Program-made: the position numbers and the translations under genes | Source of the DNA: a bacterium | GTDB lineage: Bacteria; Patescibacteriota; Minisyncoccia; Phycocordibacterales; Phycocordibacteraceae | Reading direction: 5' to 3' | NCBI GenBank assembly: GCA_023267755.1 | Contig: JAHFMR010000002.1 | Span: 42,463 to 106,462 of the forward strand | Length of the DNA stretch: 64,000 bases | Notes under the pieces: generated by a model | Told to the model about the DNA's origin: nothing | The model's database searches: none | Seen by the model: the letters and a program-made list of their open reading frames with translations, nothing else | Shown: positions 55,257 to 64,000 of the stretch, piece by piece | How positions within the stretch are numbered: position 1 is the stretch's first letter | Layout of the letters: each line of letters begins with the position of its first letter

Positions 55257-56582
55257 ATGGCTGATATGACTCTGATGGAGAAGATAGTCTCGCTCGCCAA
55301 GCGACGAGGCTTCATATTCCCAGGCTCCGAGATCTACGGCGGACTCGCCGGCACTTTCGACTATGGCCCCCTCGGGGTCGTCTTGAAGGAGAATATCGAG
55401 CGTCTCTGGCTCCAGATGTTCCGCGATGACCGAGACGATATGCAGGGCATCGATGCGGCGATACTGATGAACCCGAAGATTTGGGAGGCGTCCGGACACG
55501 TCGCGGGATTCTCCGACCCTCTGGTCGAGTGTGGTAAGTGCAAACGGCGCTTCCGCGCGGATCATCTCGAAGATACAACAAAATGTCCGGAGTGTGGCGG
55601 CGCGCTCGGGGAGGCACGCCAGTTTAATATGATGTTCAAGACGCACGCCGGTGCGGCCGAGGATGATTCGGCGACCGTGTACCTGCGGCCTGAGACAGCC
55701 GGCGGCATCTTTGCTAACTACAAGAACGTGGTGGACTCGATCCACCCGAAACTACCGTTTGGTATCGCGCAAATAGGGAAGGCCTTTCGCAATGAGATCG
55801 CGCCGCGCGATTTTATCTTCCGTCTCCGCGAGCTCTCGCAGATGGAGGTCGAATATTTCATACATCCATCAGAGTGGGAACAAGCCTTTGAGGAGTGGCG
55901 TAAGATGATGCATCTCTTCGCCAAAGCAATCGGACTGCCAGATACGATGGTGCACGAGCTCGAGGTCGCTGATGGCGACCGAGCACACTACTCCAAGCGC
56001 ACTATCGACTTCGAATTCGATTATCCCTTTGGCCGCAAGGAACTCTGGGGTCTCGCATACCGCACCGACTTCGACCTCTCGGCACACGAGAAGGGCTCGG
56101 GCGTCTCGCAGGGATATCTCGACGAAGAGACGAAGGAGAAGTTCACACCGCACGTTATCGAGCCGTCGCTCGGCGTCGATCGCACTATCCTCGCGGTGCT
56201 CGCGAGCGCCTATCGCGAAGACGAACTCGGAGACGAGACGCGCACCTACCTCGCGCTCGCACCGAAGATAGCGCCGGTCAAGGCGATGGTCTCGCCGCTT
56301 CTTAAGAATAAACCCGAGCTCGTGGAGAAGGCGCGCGCGGTGCGTGCGCAGCTGAAGAAGGTTCACCCGGCTATCGCCTGGGATGATAATGGGAACATCG
56401 GCAAGCGCTATCGCCGCCAAGACGAAATAGGCACTCCCTTCTGCATCACAATCGATTTCGATACGCTCGGCGAAAATCCGGAGCTTAAGGACACTATCAC
56501 CCTTCGCCATCGCGACACTGGCGAACAGGAGCGCCTCACCATCTCCGAAGCCGCCACCCGCATCCGCGACGCCATACAATAA
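55257..56582 (+). CDS. glyQS: Glycine--tRNA ligase (dimeric class II type)
   Basis: FIFPGSEIYGGLAGTFDYGPLG is the N-terminus of the alpha2 GlyRS, with class II motifs and an anticodon-binding C-terminus. Confidence 0.9.
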   Translation: MADMTLMEKIVSLAKRRGFIFPGSEIYGGLAGTFDYGPLGVVLKENIERLWLQMFRDDRDDMQGIDAAILMNPKIWEASGHVAGFSDPLVECGKCKRRFRADHLEDTTKCPECGGALGEARQFNMMFKTHAGAAEDDSATVYLRPETAGGIFANYKNVVDSIHPKLPFGIAQIGKAFRNEIAPRDFIFRLRELSQMEVEYFIHPSEWEQAFEEWRKMMHLFAKAIGLPDTMVHELEVADGDRAHYSKRTIDFEFDYPFGRKELWGLAYRTDFDLSAHEKGSGVSQGYLDEETKEKFTPHVIEPSLGVDRTILAVLASAYREDELGDETRTYLALAPKIAPVKAMVSPLLKNKPELVEKARAVRAQLKKVHPAIAWDDNGNIGKRYRRQDEIGTPFCITIDFDTLGENPELKDTITLRHRDTGEQERLTISEAATRIRDAIQ

Positions 56583-56758
56583 GCGAATCATTACAAGGTT
56601 GAACCTTGTTCTGTTCTAGGGCGTAGGTACGGGTTGTTTTGGGCTCTTCCCAAAGGGGCTTGCATTTTTACAAAGACTGTGGTATGGTGAACAGGACTAA
56701 TGAATGCGGGAATCCCTGCGTTTAGGATAGTCACAGTCCTTTTTAAGGAGATGACGCC

Positions 56759-57214
56759 ATGGGTAATACCATGATCCCATCTGATGAAAAGATCAGCAAC
56801 CTGGTTATCCGTCAGGTGGTCATCAACCGCAGTCGCACTTTACAGCAGGCGCTCAACGCTACCGGCCGCAAACAGTACATCAACAAGTCGGTCGTCGCCA
56901 CGATGCCGCAAGGCAAGGGCGACGAAGCAGACGTAGTCTTCTTCAATCTCGGCCGCTACATCCGCGACGCCGACCTGGACAAGGAATACGAGTTGCGCGG
57001 CCTCAAGCCCGTCGACCCGTTCACACTCGCCACAGTGAATGAAGCCGATTCGGCTTTTGCCGATGATCATCCAAACGGTACTCACTGGAAGGATGTGAAC
57101 GGCAAGTGGTGTTTCTTCACGTTCAGCAGGTGGAACGACGAGCGCATCATGGGTTGCGACCGCTACGAAAACGGTTGGGACGTCTATTGGTGGTTCGCCG
57201 GTCTCCGCAAGTAA
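56759..57214 (+). CDS. Hypothetical protein (orphan, Trp-rich C-terminus)
   Basis: The 151-aa ORF has an AAGGAG RBS 7 nt upstream, its own promoter-like elements, a leader hairpin and a downstream terminator. There is no recognisable domain. Confidence 0.5.
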   Translation: MGNTMIPSDEKISNLVIRQVVINRSRTLQQALNATGRKQYINKSVVATMPQGKGDEADVVFFNLGRYIRDADLDKEYELRGLKPVDPFTLATVNEADSAFADDHPNGTHWKDVNGKWCFFTFSRWNDERIMGCDRYENGWDVYWWFAGLRK

Positions 57215-57240
57215 CATTTGGGGCTTTGACCCTTTCCGAT

Positions 57241-57278
57241 CCGCATCTGGCTTTTATAGCAGATGCGGGTTTTGTTTT
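57241..57278 (+). terminator. Rho-independent terminator
   Basis: A ccgcatctg-...-cagatgcgg hairpin is followed by gttttgtttt. Confidence 0.8.
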
Positions 57279-57294
57279 ATGTTAGGATGCCCGT

Positions 57295-58338
57295 ATGGGT
57301 AAGGAAGTCCACGTTTCTATCACGCCGGGGACGGTTTTTACCGCGCTGTTTATCGTTGCGGGGGCATACGTCTTCTGGCTCTTGCGTGATCTCGCGCTCC
57401 TGGTGCTGACCGCTATTGTCATCGCCTCGGCTATCGAGCCGGGGGTCGCGTTCTTTATCCGCCATCGTCTCCCGCGTTTTGTGAGCGCACTGCTGGTCTA
57501 CATACTCGTCTTCGGCTTCACTTTCGGGCTTCTGTATTATCTTCTCCCGCCGATTATCGCGGATGCCGCCGGATTCCTCTCCGCGATGCCGAAATATCTC
57601 GACACGATTAATTCGGCGGCTTCTTTTCCAAACGCAGCCGGTCTTGCAAGTGGCGGATCGTCATCGTTCGTACAGACGCTCCTCTCGCTTCAGGCGCTCT
57701 TTACAGCCAGTTCGGGAGGCGTGCTGCAGCTCCTCGTAACCTTCTTTGGCGGCATCTTTTCCCTCTCTCTTGTTATCGTCCTCTCTTTCTACTTCGCTCT
57801 CCAGGACACGGGTGTGGACGACTTCCTCCGTATGGTGATGCCAGTTGCCTACGAGGAGTATTCGGTGGATCTCTGGAAGCGCTCACAGAAAAAGATTGGG
57901 CTCTGGATGCAGGGACAGATACTTCTCTCGGTTATTGTCGGCATCCTCGTCTACCTTGGCCTGCTTATTATCGGCATCCCGTATGCGCTCTTGCTCGCCG
58001 TCTTCACCGCTGTCGCGGAGATTATTCCCGTATTCGGCTCGCTCATCGCGGGTACGGCCGCGGCTATCGTCGCGTACTCTGACGGCGGCGTGTCACTCGG
58101 CCTTATCGTCGCCGGGCTCTACGTCGTGGTGAATCAGTTCGAGTCTAATCTCATCTATCCTCTTATCGTGAAGAAGATTGTCGGCCTCCCGCCGCTTCTG
58201 GTTATTGTCGCACTCATCGCGGGATATACGCTCGCCGGCTTCCTCGGCGTTTTGCTCTCGGTGCCGGTGGCGGCGGCAGTGCTCGAGCTCATTACCGACT
58301 TCGACAAGCGCAAGCGCCGTGGGGCGCACACACACTAG
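57295..58338 (+). CDS. AI-2E family transporter (UPF0118/PerM-like)
   Basis: It has 8 TM helices with the AI-2E pattern, including the conserved C-terminal PLLVIVALIAG...GVLLSVP region. Confidence 0.8.
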   Translation: MGKEVHVSITPGTVFTALFIVAGAYVFWLLRDLALLVLTAIVIASAIEPGVAFFIRHRLPRFVSALLVYILVFGFTFGLLYYLLPPIIADAAGFLSAMPKYLDTINSAASFPNAAGLASGGSSSFVQTLLSLQALFTASSGGVLQLLVTFFGGIFSLSLVIVLSFYFALQDTGVDDFLRMVMPVAYEEYSVDLWKRSQKKIGLWMQGQILLSVIVGILVYLGLLIIGIPYALLLAVFTAVAEIIPVFGSLIAGTAAAIVAYSDGGVSLGLIVAGLYVVVNQFESNLIYPLIVKKIVGLPPLLVIVALIAGYTLAGFLGVLLSVPVAAAVLELITDFDKRKRRGAHTH

Positions 58339-58344
58339 GAAGCT

Positions 58345-59778
58345 ATGCGTGCGCGCTATATCACCACGACGCTGCCTTACGTAAACGCGGATCCGCATAT
58401 CGGGTTCGCGCTTGAGATTATAAAAGCTGATGTGCTCACGCGTTGGTACGCCCTTGCGGGCGATGAGGTTTTTTTCAATACCGGTACTGATGAACACGGA
58501 CAGAAGTTGTGGCAAGAGGCGGTGAAGCGTGATATGGAGCCGCAGGCTTATGTCGACGAATACGCAGCGAAGTTCAGGTTGCTTAAGGAGAAGCTCGATT
58601 TATATCCCGATCTCCATTTTATCCGAACCACCGACCCGCATCACATAAAGGCTGCACAGGAATTCTGGAAGCGCTGTGTGGCGAAAGGGGATATTTATAA
58701 GAAGAATTATCAGATCAAATACTGTGTTGGTTGTGAGCTTGGAAAGACCGATTCAGAACTTGTTGATGGGCGCTGCCCATTGCACCCCAAAGTTGAACTC
58801 GAGATTATCGATGAGGAGAATTACTTCTTCCGCCTCTCGAGCTATCAGCAACAACTTCTTGATTTGTATACAGCGCACCCTGACTTTGTCGTCCCCGCTT
58901 TTCGTCAAAGCGAGATACGATCGTTCGTTGAGCGTGGGTTGCAGGACTTCAGTGTCTCGCGGCTGAAGCATAAAATGCCATGGGGCATTACTGTTCCTGA
59001 TGATGACGAGCATGTCATGTATGTATGGTTTGATGCACTCGTTAATTACGTTTCAACGCTCGGTTGGCCAGAGGACACGATTTCTTTTGAGAAGTTCTGG
59101 GGAAGTTTCGATAAGCCAAACGCCCTCCAGATTGCAGGCAAGGATAACCTGCGCCAACAGACCGTCATGTGGCAAGCGATGCTTATGTCAGCAGGACTTC
59201 CGAACTCGAAGCAGGTCGTCATCCAAGGGTTTGTGACAAGTGCAGGACAGAAGATGAGTAAGTCGCTCGGAAACGTGATTAGTCCGTTCGATCTCGTCGA
59301 GACCTATGGCACCGATGCTGTACGCTATATCCTCCTCCGGCACACGAGCTCTTTTGAAGATTCTGATATCACCCTCGAAGCTATCCGCGATCACTACACC
59401 GCGCACCTCACCAACGGTCTCGGCAACTTGGTCGCGCGCATTATGCAACTAGCCGAGACGCATCTGTCGGAGCCGGTAATCCCTCTCAATACCATCGCGC
59501 TTGAGTGTGCGAGTATGATCTCCGCATTTCAATTCAACGCCGCACTCGACTCTGTCTGGAGTGGAATACAGACGCTCGATGAGCGCATCACTCGTGAGAA
59601 GCCATTCGTGCTGGTGAAGGAGCGTCCGGAACAGGGAAGAGCGCTCATTGCAGAGCTGGCACAGAAGCTCGGTGATATTGGCATCGCGCTCGCACCCTTT
59701 ATGCCGAGCACGAGCGAGCTGATACAGAAGGCAGTTCGCGAGAACAAGAAGCCTGAGAATCTCTTCCCACGACTTTGA
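58345..59778 (+). CDS. metG: Methionine--tRNA ligase (short form)
   Basis: TTTLPYVNADPHIGF is the HIGH region, with a CxxC zinc knuckle (CVGC...C) and KMSKSLGN. Confidence 0.95.
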   Translation: MRARYITTTLPYVNADPHIGFALEIIKADVLTRWYALAGDEVFFNTGTDEHGQKLWQEAVKRDMEPQAYVDEYAAKFRLLKEKLDLYPDLHFIRTTDPHHIKAAQEFWKRCVAKGDIYKKNYQIKYCVGCELGKTDSELVDGRCPLHPKVELEIIDEENYFFRLSSYQQQLLDLYTAHPDFVVPAFRQSEIRSFVERGLQDFSVSRLKHKMPWGITVPDDDEHVMYVWFDALVNYVSTLGWPEDTISFEKFWGSFDKPNALQIAGKDNLRQQTVMWQAMLMSAGLPNSKQVVIQGFVTSAGQKMSKSLGNVISPFDLVETYGTDAVRYILLRHTSSFEDSDITLEAIRDHYTAHLTNGLGNLVARIMQLAETHLSEPVIPLNTIALECASMISAFQFNAALDSVWSGIQTLDERITREKPFVLVKERPEQGRALIAELAQKLGDIGIALAPFMPSTSELIQKAVRENKKPENLFPRL

Positions 59779-59854
59779 CAACTACGCTTCGTTGAAGCAT
59801 AATACAGAGCAGAGTTCATGCAGGGGCGCGGGCTCGTTAATAAAGGAGAATAAG

Positions 59855-60295
59855 ATGTTCGAGGCTCTTTACGGGTGGAATAAGCAGCTCACCGCGCTGG
59901 TGGGTCTGTCGGTGGTGTTTGGCGGGGTGTGCTTCGCGGACGTGAGTGTTGCACTGGGCTTTGTCAGTGCCATCACGATGATCTTCGTCCTGGTGACTAT
60001 CGTCGTTCAGAGAGACGGCGACTCGCCAGAGGGGCGAGATGTGAAGACCGTGCGTGTTGCGATGGTGACCATCACAACGCTCGCGCTGTTCACACTGGCT
60101 ATCGCGTTAGCAGGAGTGCCGTCGTTTGCACTCAGCATCTTGAGCGTGATTACCGGGGCGTTTGCCTACTTGATTGCGCGCGTCGCGCGCAACAGGGACG
60201 ATCGCTTCTCGGCAGGGATATTCTTCGTCCTCCTTTTCCCGTTCGGGTTCATCGTCGGGAAGGTAGCGATGGGGGCGCTTCTGACAAGGGAATGA
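59855..60295 (+). CDS. Hypothetical membrane protein
   Basis: It has 4 TM helices. An AAGGAG RBS precedes the MFEALYGW start. Confidence 0.5.
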   Translation: MFEALYGWNKQLTALVGLSVVFGGVCFADVSVALGFVSAITMIFVLVTIVVQRDGDSPEGRDVKTVRVAMVTITTLALFTLAIALAGVPSFALSILSVITGAFAYLIARVARNRDDRFSAGIFFVLLFPFGFIVGKVAMGALLTRE

Positions 60296-60304
60296 TGCAG
60301 ACCC

Positions 60305-60345
60305 TCGGGCGGCTTGGAGATTCTCCAAGCCGCCCAATTTGTTTG
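60305..60345 (+). terminator. Rho-independent terminator
   Basis: A gggcggcttggag-att-ctccaagccgccc hairpin is followed by aatttgtttg. Confidence 0.75.
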
Positions 60346-60362
60346 TGTGCTACGCTCGATAG

Positions 60363-61166
60363 ATGGAAACGAGATACGTAGACGCGCACTGTCACCTGCA
60401 GTTCGAACAGTATGTGCAGGACGACGTTGAGATTATCGAGCGGATGCGCGAAGAGGGCATCGCGGGTGTCGTCGTGGGCTGCGATCTCGCTTCATCAGAG
60501 AAGGCGGTAGCGCTCGCTGATACATATGACCATCTCTTTGCCTCAATCGGCCTGCATCCGAACAATGTAGCCGACGAATCTTTTGATACTGAAGCGTTTC
60601 GAGCACTCGCCACACACAAGAAGGTAGTCGCGATAGGGGAATGTGGCTTGGACTATTTCAGACCGAACGAGGTGAATGAAGAAGTGAAGCGGCAGCAGAA
60701 AGAAGTCCTCCAGAAACACGTCACCCTCGCTGCACAAGCAGACAAGCCGCTCATCATCCACTGTAGACCAAGTAAGGGTACGTACGATGCGTATCATGAT
60801 TTGATCGTTTTGCTGAAAGAAGCGAAGACAGAATATCCGAAATTGCGCGGCGATATGCACTTTTTCGTCGGGAGCGTCGCCGAGGCTGAGGCGTTTGTCG
60901 CGCTCGACTTCACTCTTTCCTTCACCGCGGTTATCACCTTCGCGCGCGACTATGACGAGGTCATACGCGCTGTGCCGCTCGCTTCTATCCTCTCCGAAAC
61001 CGACGCTCCTTATGTCGCTCCCGCTTCTCGTCGTGGGGAGCGGAACGATCCGCTCGCAGTTAAGGAAGTTGTTGCAGCGATAGCCAAGATCCGTGGGGAA
61101 GACGCGGAAACAGTCCGGCAGGCGCTCCTCGAGAATGCGCGGCTTGTATTCAAGCTCGCGGCGTGA
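60363..61166 (+). CDS. tatD: TatD-family metal-dependent hydrolase/DNase
   Basis: YVDAHCHL is the N-terminal metal site. GECGLDY and the HCR motifs are also present. Confidence 0.9.
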   Translation: METRYVDAHCHLQFEQYVQDDVEIIERMREEGIAGVVVGCDLASSEKAVALADTYDHLFASIGLHPNNVADESFDTEAFRALATHKKVVAIGECGLDYFRPNEVNEEVKRQQKEVLQKHVTLAAQADKPLIIHCRPSKGTYDAYHDLIVLLKEAKTEYPKLRGDMHFFVGSVAEAEAFVALDFTLSFTAVITFARDYDEVIRAVPLASILSETDAPYVAPASRRGERNDPLAVKEVVAAIAKIRGEDAETVRQALLENARLVFKLAA

Positions 61167-61181
61167 TAAGATGCCGGAATT

Positions 61182-61670
61182 ATGGCTAAGAATCGAGATA
61201 TAGAGGTGGATGCAGTGGAGCCCGAGGATATGGGTGCGGAGCCGCGCGTCTACGAGCTCGGCTTCCATCTCGACCCGGAACTCCCGACTGAAGAGGTGAA
61301 GAAGGCCTATCAAACGATTCACGACCTTATCTCGGGGAAGGGCACCCTCGTTGCCGAGGGTGAGCCGGAGAAGATCCAGCTCGCGTACACTATCTCTCGT
61401 CAGGAGACGACTGGTCGTCGTGATTTCAGCACCGCTTACTTCGCCTGGATCGCATACGAGATGCTCGCCACCGAGCACGCAGACATCCTTACCGCGATGA
61501 ATGCCAACAAGAGCATTGTCCGCTTCATCGACCTCATCACGACAAAAGACGCTGCACGACACGCGGTCGAGATGCACGAGCTCGCGATGAAGGCTCCAGA
61601 ACAGGAAGGAGAGGCTGATGCAATGGTCGGCACCGAGCTCGACGCGGTGCTCGAGAACGTGGTTGTATAA
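61182..61670 (+). CDS. rpsF: 30S ribosomal protein S6 (with N- and C-terminal extensions)
   Basis: Core YELGFHLDPEL...LAYTI matches the S6 pattern. It sits in the conserved rpsF-ssb-rpsR order. Confidence 0.7.
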   Translation: MAKNRDIEVDAVEPEDMGAEPRVYELGFHLDPELPTEEVKKAYQTIHDLISGKGTLVAEGEPEKIQLAYTISRQETTGRRDFSTAYFAWIAYEMLATEHADILTAMNANKSIVRFIDLITTKDAARHAVEMHELAMKAPEQEGEADAMVGTELDAVLENVVV

Positions 61671-61677
61671 TACTGAC

Positions 61678-62121
61678 ATGTACCTCAACAAAGTATTCCT
61701 CTACGGCAATCTCACTCGCGACCCAGAGCTGAAGGCGCTCCCGTCGGGGAGTCAGGTGGCGAACTTCGGTCTCGCGACGAATCGCACCCTCAAGGATAAG
61801 AACGGCCAGAAGCAGGAGACAACCGAGTTCCACAACATCGTTGCCTTCGGCCGCACTGCGGAGGTTATCGCACAGTATGTGAAGAAGGGTCGCCCCATTT
61901 TCGTCGAGGGACGTCTCCAGACACGCGCCTGGGACGACAAAGAGACTGGCAAGAAGAATTACCGCACTGAGATTATCATCGACAACTTCCAGTTCGGCGC
62001 TGATGCTAAGGGCTCCCCGACGGGTTCGGAGCAGGTCTCGCACGGCGAACAACCGGCGCCAAAGGGCGATGAGATCCAGTATCCCGATGAAGAGATTAAT
62101 CCCGAAGACATTCCCTTTTAG
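61678..62121 (+). CDS. ssb: Single-stranded DNA-binding protein
   Basis: MYLNKVFLYGNLTRDPEL is the OB-fold start. The C-terminal acidic tail ends in DIPF. Confidence 0.95.
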   Translation: MYLNKVFLYGNLTRDPELKALPSGSQVANFGLATNRTLKDKNGQKQETTEFHNIVAFGRTAEVIAQYVKKGRPIFVEGRLQTRAWDDKETGKKNYRTEIIIDNFQFGADAKGSPTGSEQVSHGEQPAPKGDEIQYPDEEINPEDIPF

Positions 62122-62138
62122 GGCGTAACCAACTTTTT

Positions 62139-62345
62139 ATGGCATACCAAGCTGAACGTGAAGAGATAGAGATTAAGAAGTTTATCGACTACAAGGACGT
62201 CGCGTACCTGAAGCAATTCACCAGTCCGCACGCCAAGATGCTCGCCAAGAAGCGCACCGGCGTCCCAGCAGGCAAGCAGCGCGATATTATGCAGGCAGTT
62301 AAGCGCGCGCGCTTTATGGCGCTCCTCCCCTACGTCGCTGCGTAA
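62139..62345 (+). CDS. rpsR: 30S ribosomal protein S18
   Basis: IDYKDVAYLKQFTSPHAKMLAKKRTG...QRDIMQAVKRARFMALLPYV is an S18 signature. Confidence 0.95.
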   Translation: MAYQAEREEIEIKKFIDYKDVAYLKQFTSPHAKMLAKKRTGVPAGKQRDIMQAVKRARFMALLPYVAA

Positions 62346-62366
62346 CGCATAACTAATTTCACAATC

Positions 62367-62390
62367 AAAAACCGCCGTAAGGCGGTTTTT
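62367..62390. terminator. Bidirectional rho-independent terminator (rpsR on + / efp on -)
   Basis: It is aaaaa-ccgcc-gtaa-ggcgg-ttttt. Confidence 0.85.
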
Positions 62391-62412
62391 GATTGTTCAC
62401 GACAGAAAAGTT

Positions 62413-62988
62413 TTACGATTTGCTCACACGTTCGGCGTAGTCGCCGCTATCGGTGTTGATGCGGACAATGTCTCCTTCGTTGATGAAGAGCGGGACATTT
62501 ACCTTAGCCCCAGTGGAGAGCGTGGCGAGCTTGGTGCCGCCCGAGACGGTGTTGCCCTTGACCGCCGGGGGGGCTTCCTTAACAGCGAGATCCACCTTGA
62601 TAGGAATCTTAATCGTCATCGGCTTTTCCTCATAGGTGAGCACCTCGACGACCGAGTTGGGCGCGAGCCATTGCACTTGGTCGTGTACCGCGTCAGCAGG
62701 GAAGGAGAAGCGATTTTTCGGGGCGCCTTCCTCGGCAAACCAGCTCTCCTTGCCGTTGCTGTAGAGATAGACCGCGTCCATACGAGCCGTCTCGGCCTCC
62801 TCGACGGTCTCGTTCGAATGGAAGGAAATCTCAAGGACCTGTCCGGTGACGACATTGCGCAGCTTGGTCTGATTGACCGGCTTACGCTTCTGCATACGGA
62901 AGATATGGGCGGAGAGCACCTCGTAGGGGGCGCCACTGTAGTCGATAATGCACTTCGGGAGGATTTCGTTATAGCTTAGTACGGCCAT
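62413..62988 (-). CDS. efp: Elongation factor P
   Basis: It has a three-domain EF-P pattern with the conserved loop K(32)PVNQTKLRNV in domain I. Confidence 0.9.
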   Translation of the reverse strand: MAVLSYNEILPKCIIDYSGAPYEVLSAHIFRMQKRKPVNQTKLRNVVTGQVLEISFHSNETVEEAETARMDAVYLYSNGKESWFAEEGAPKNRFSFPADAVHDQVQWLAPNSVVEVLTYEEKPMTIKIPIKVDLAVKEAPPAVKGNTVSGGTKLATLSTGAKVNVPLFINEGDIVRINTDSGDYAERVSKS

Positions 62989-63053
62989 ATGGGGAAACTA
63001 TGCGCGGATAAGATTCGTTATAAAAAGAGTCCCGTCAAGACGGGAACTAGTGT

Positions 63054-63647
63054 ATGCTAGCAGACATTATGAGTTTTTCAAATACAGAGCTCTCCTTGCT
63101 CACGGACGCTGAGATCCTCGCGCGCTCCCAGAAGGAGCCAGACCTCTTTGCCCTCCTGGTGCGCCGCTACGAGGCGGCACTGCTGCGTCGTGCCCGGACT
63201 ATCCTGAAGAGCCCTGAAGACGCCGAGGAGGTCGTGCAGGACGCCTTCACCAAGATGTACCTCTATGCCGATCGGTATCATGCACAGGAGGGGGCGAGCT
63301 TCTCCTCCTGGATGTATACGATACTCAATCGCGTTGCGTACACCAAGTATGTCGCACGGCGTAAGGATTGGGACAAGACGGTCGAACTCGAGCCCGAGCA
63401 CTATGAGTCGCTTCCCGATGCGCATGCGGAATTCCTCGAAGATCTCTCGATACGCGACGAAGTCATCGCCGCACTCGCCAAACTCCCCGAAGCGGCAGCG
63501 AAGATACTACGACTGCAGTTTATCGAGGGGAAGACACAGGAGGAGATAGCACAGACAGAAGATCTCTCTATCCCGGCGGTGAAGACGCGCGTGCATCGCG
63601 CCAAGAAACTTTTTAAACAGGCATATGATGAACAACACTATGATTGA
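63054..63647 (+). CDS. ECF-type sigma-70 family RNA polymerase sigma factor
   Basis: The region 2 motifs (LLVRRYEAALLRRARTIL...DAEEVVQDAF) and the region 4 HTH (TQEEIAQTEDLSIPAVKTRVHRAKK) are present. Confidence 0.85.
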   Translation: MLADIMSFSNTELSLLTDAEILARSQKEPDLFALLVRRYEAALLRRARTILKSPEDAEEVVQDAFTKMYLYADRYHAQEGASFSSWMYTILNRVAYTKYVARRKDWDKTVELEPEHYESLPDAHAEFLEDLSIRDEVIAALAKLPEAAAKILRLQFIEGKTQEEIAQTEDLSIPAVKTRVHRAKKLFKQAYDEQHYD

Positions 63648-63966
63648 ACAGACAAACATCGAGAAGATTGTGATGCAGCGCGTACGACGTATGCGTATCC
63701 TGCTTCTCATCATCTCGACTCTCACACTCGCCGCGCTCACCACTGTCGCTGCACTCTGGGGCATCGGCAAAGAAGTATGGGTTGCGCGCGTATTCGAGAA
63801 TGCCCCGCACGACTTCTTCGGGCGTGCGCAGTATCTCTGGTATGCCTTTACACACACCCACGTCATCGTTCAATCCCTCTCTATCCTGACTCTCGGCTCG
63901 CTCATTCTCCTCGCGCGCGAGCTCGCGCGCACCGTCCTTACGCATCTCTCTTCTACACACGATTAG
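63625..63966 (+). CDS. Putative membrane anti-sigma factor
   Basis: It overlaps the sigma gene stop by 23 nt. A short cytoplasmic N-terminus is followed by a TM helix and a small extracytoplasmic domain. Confidence 0.45.
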   Translation: MMNNTMIEQTNIEKIVMQRVRRMRILLLIISTLTLAALTTVAALWGIGKEVWVARVFENAPHDFFGRAQYLWYAFTHTHVIVQSLSILTLGSLILLARELARTVLTHLSSTHD

Positions 63967-64000
63967 CTCCTCTATTCAGCCAATTTTGCTTTGATCTGTT

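Noticed and set aside
60543-61691. 382-aa minus-strand ORF antisense to tatD/rpsF
   Set aside because: It is a shadow ORF. The tatD and rpsF-ssb-rpsR operon assignments are well supported on the plus strand.

Overview
This is a GC-rich, gene-dense bacterial window containing the chromosomal replication origin. The origin core runs rpmH-rnpA-yidC on the minus strand and dnaA-dnaN on the plus strand, with a short DnaA-box-bearing spacer between dnaA and dnaN.

Several traits suggest a reduced-genome Patescibacteria/CPR-like lineage: many small housekeeping genes, a short YidC, an exonuclease-light Pol I, a short HolA-like protein, and type IV pilus genes together with a PrgI/VirB4 locus. This lineage call is inference from gene content only.

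Recognisable genes:
- Replication, recombination and repair: sodA, site-2 protease, ruvC, yebC, ruvB, ruvA, ruvX, recO, polA, holA-like, ssb, tatD, tsaE.
- Translation: rpmB (L28), rpmH (L34), rpsT (S20), rplS (L19), rplK (L11), rpsF, rpsR, efp; aminoacyl-tRNA synthetases argS, ileS, glyQS and metG; an ABC-F ATPase.
- Envelope and secretion: PBP1A, uppS, an RluA-family pseudouridine synthase, a PduO-type adenosyltransferase, secE-nusG, type IV pilus genes pilB and pilM-pilN-pilO, and an AI-2E transporter.
- Thymidylate/folate cluster: folA divergent from thyX, a double-domain dCTP-deaminase-like gene, tmk and glyA.
- Regulation: an ECF sigma factor with a putative anti-sigma partner.
- RNA genes: ten tRNA genes in four clusters (Lys, Arg x3, Ser, Leu x2, Val, His).

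The most interesting material:
- (i) An uncharacterised PrgI/VirB4 (type IV secretion-like) locus at about 2.3-8.6 kb, with a VirB4 gene apparently split across a TGA-T-ATG junction and four downstream secreted or membrane genes, one resembling a VirB2/TrbC pilin.
- (ii) A secreted glycine-rich protein with four tandem Cys-rich repeats of about 36 aa.
- (iii) An HTH plus LAGLIDADG-like (homing-endonuclease-like) gene sandwiched between two near-paralogous tRNA-Arg genes, one of which reads as anticodon GCG.
- (iv) An orphan 151-aa gene with its own promoter, a leader hairpin and a terminator.
- (v) Several candidate regulatory or non-coding elements: a perfect 12-bp palindrome upstream of the ABC-F gene, possible small RNAs or attenuators, and a hyper-acidic micro-ORF.

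No CRISPR array and no transposase were seen.
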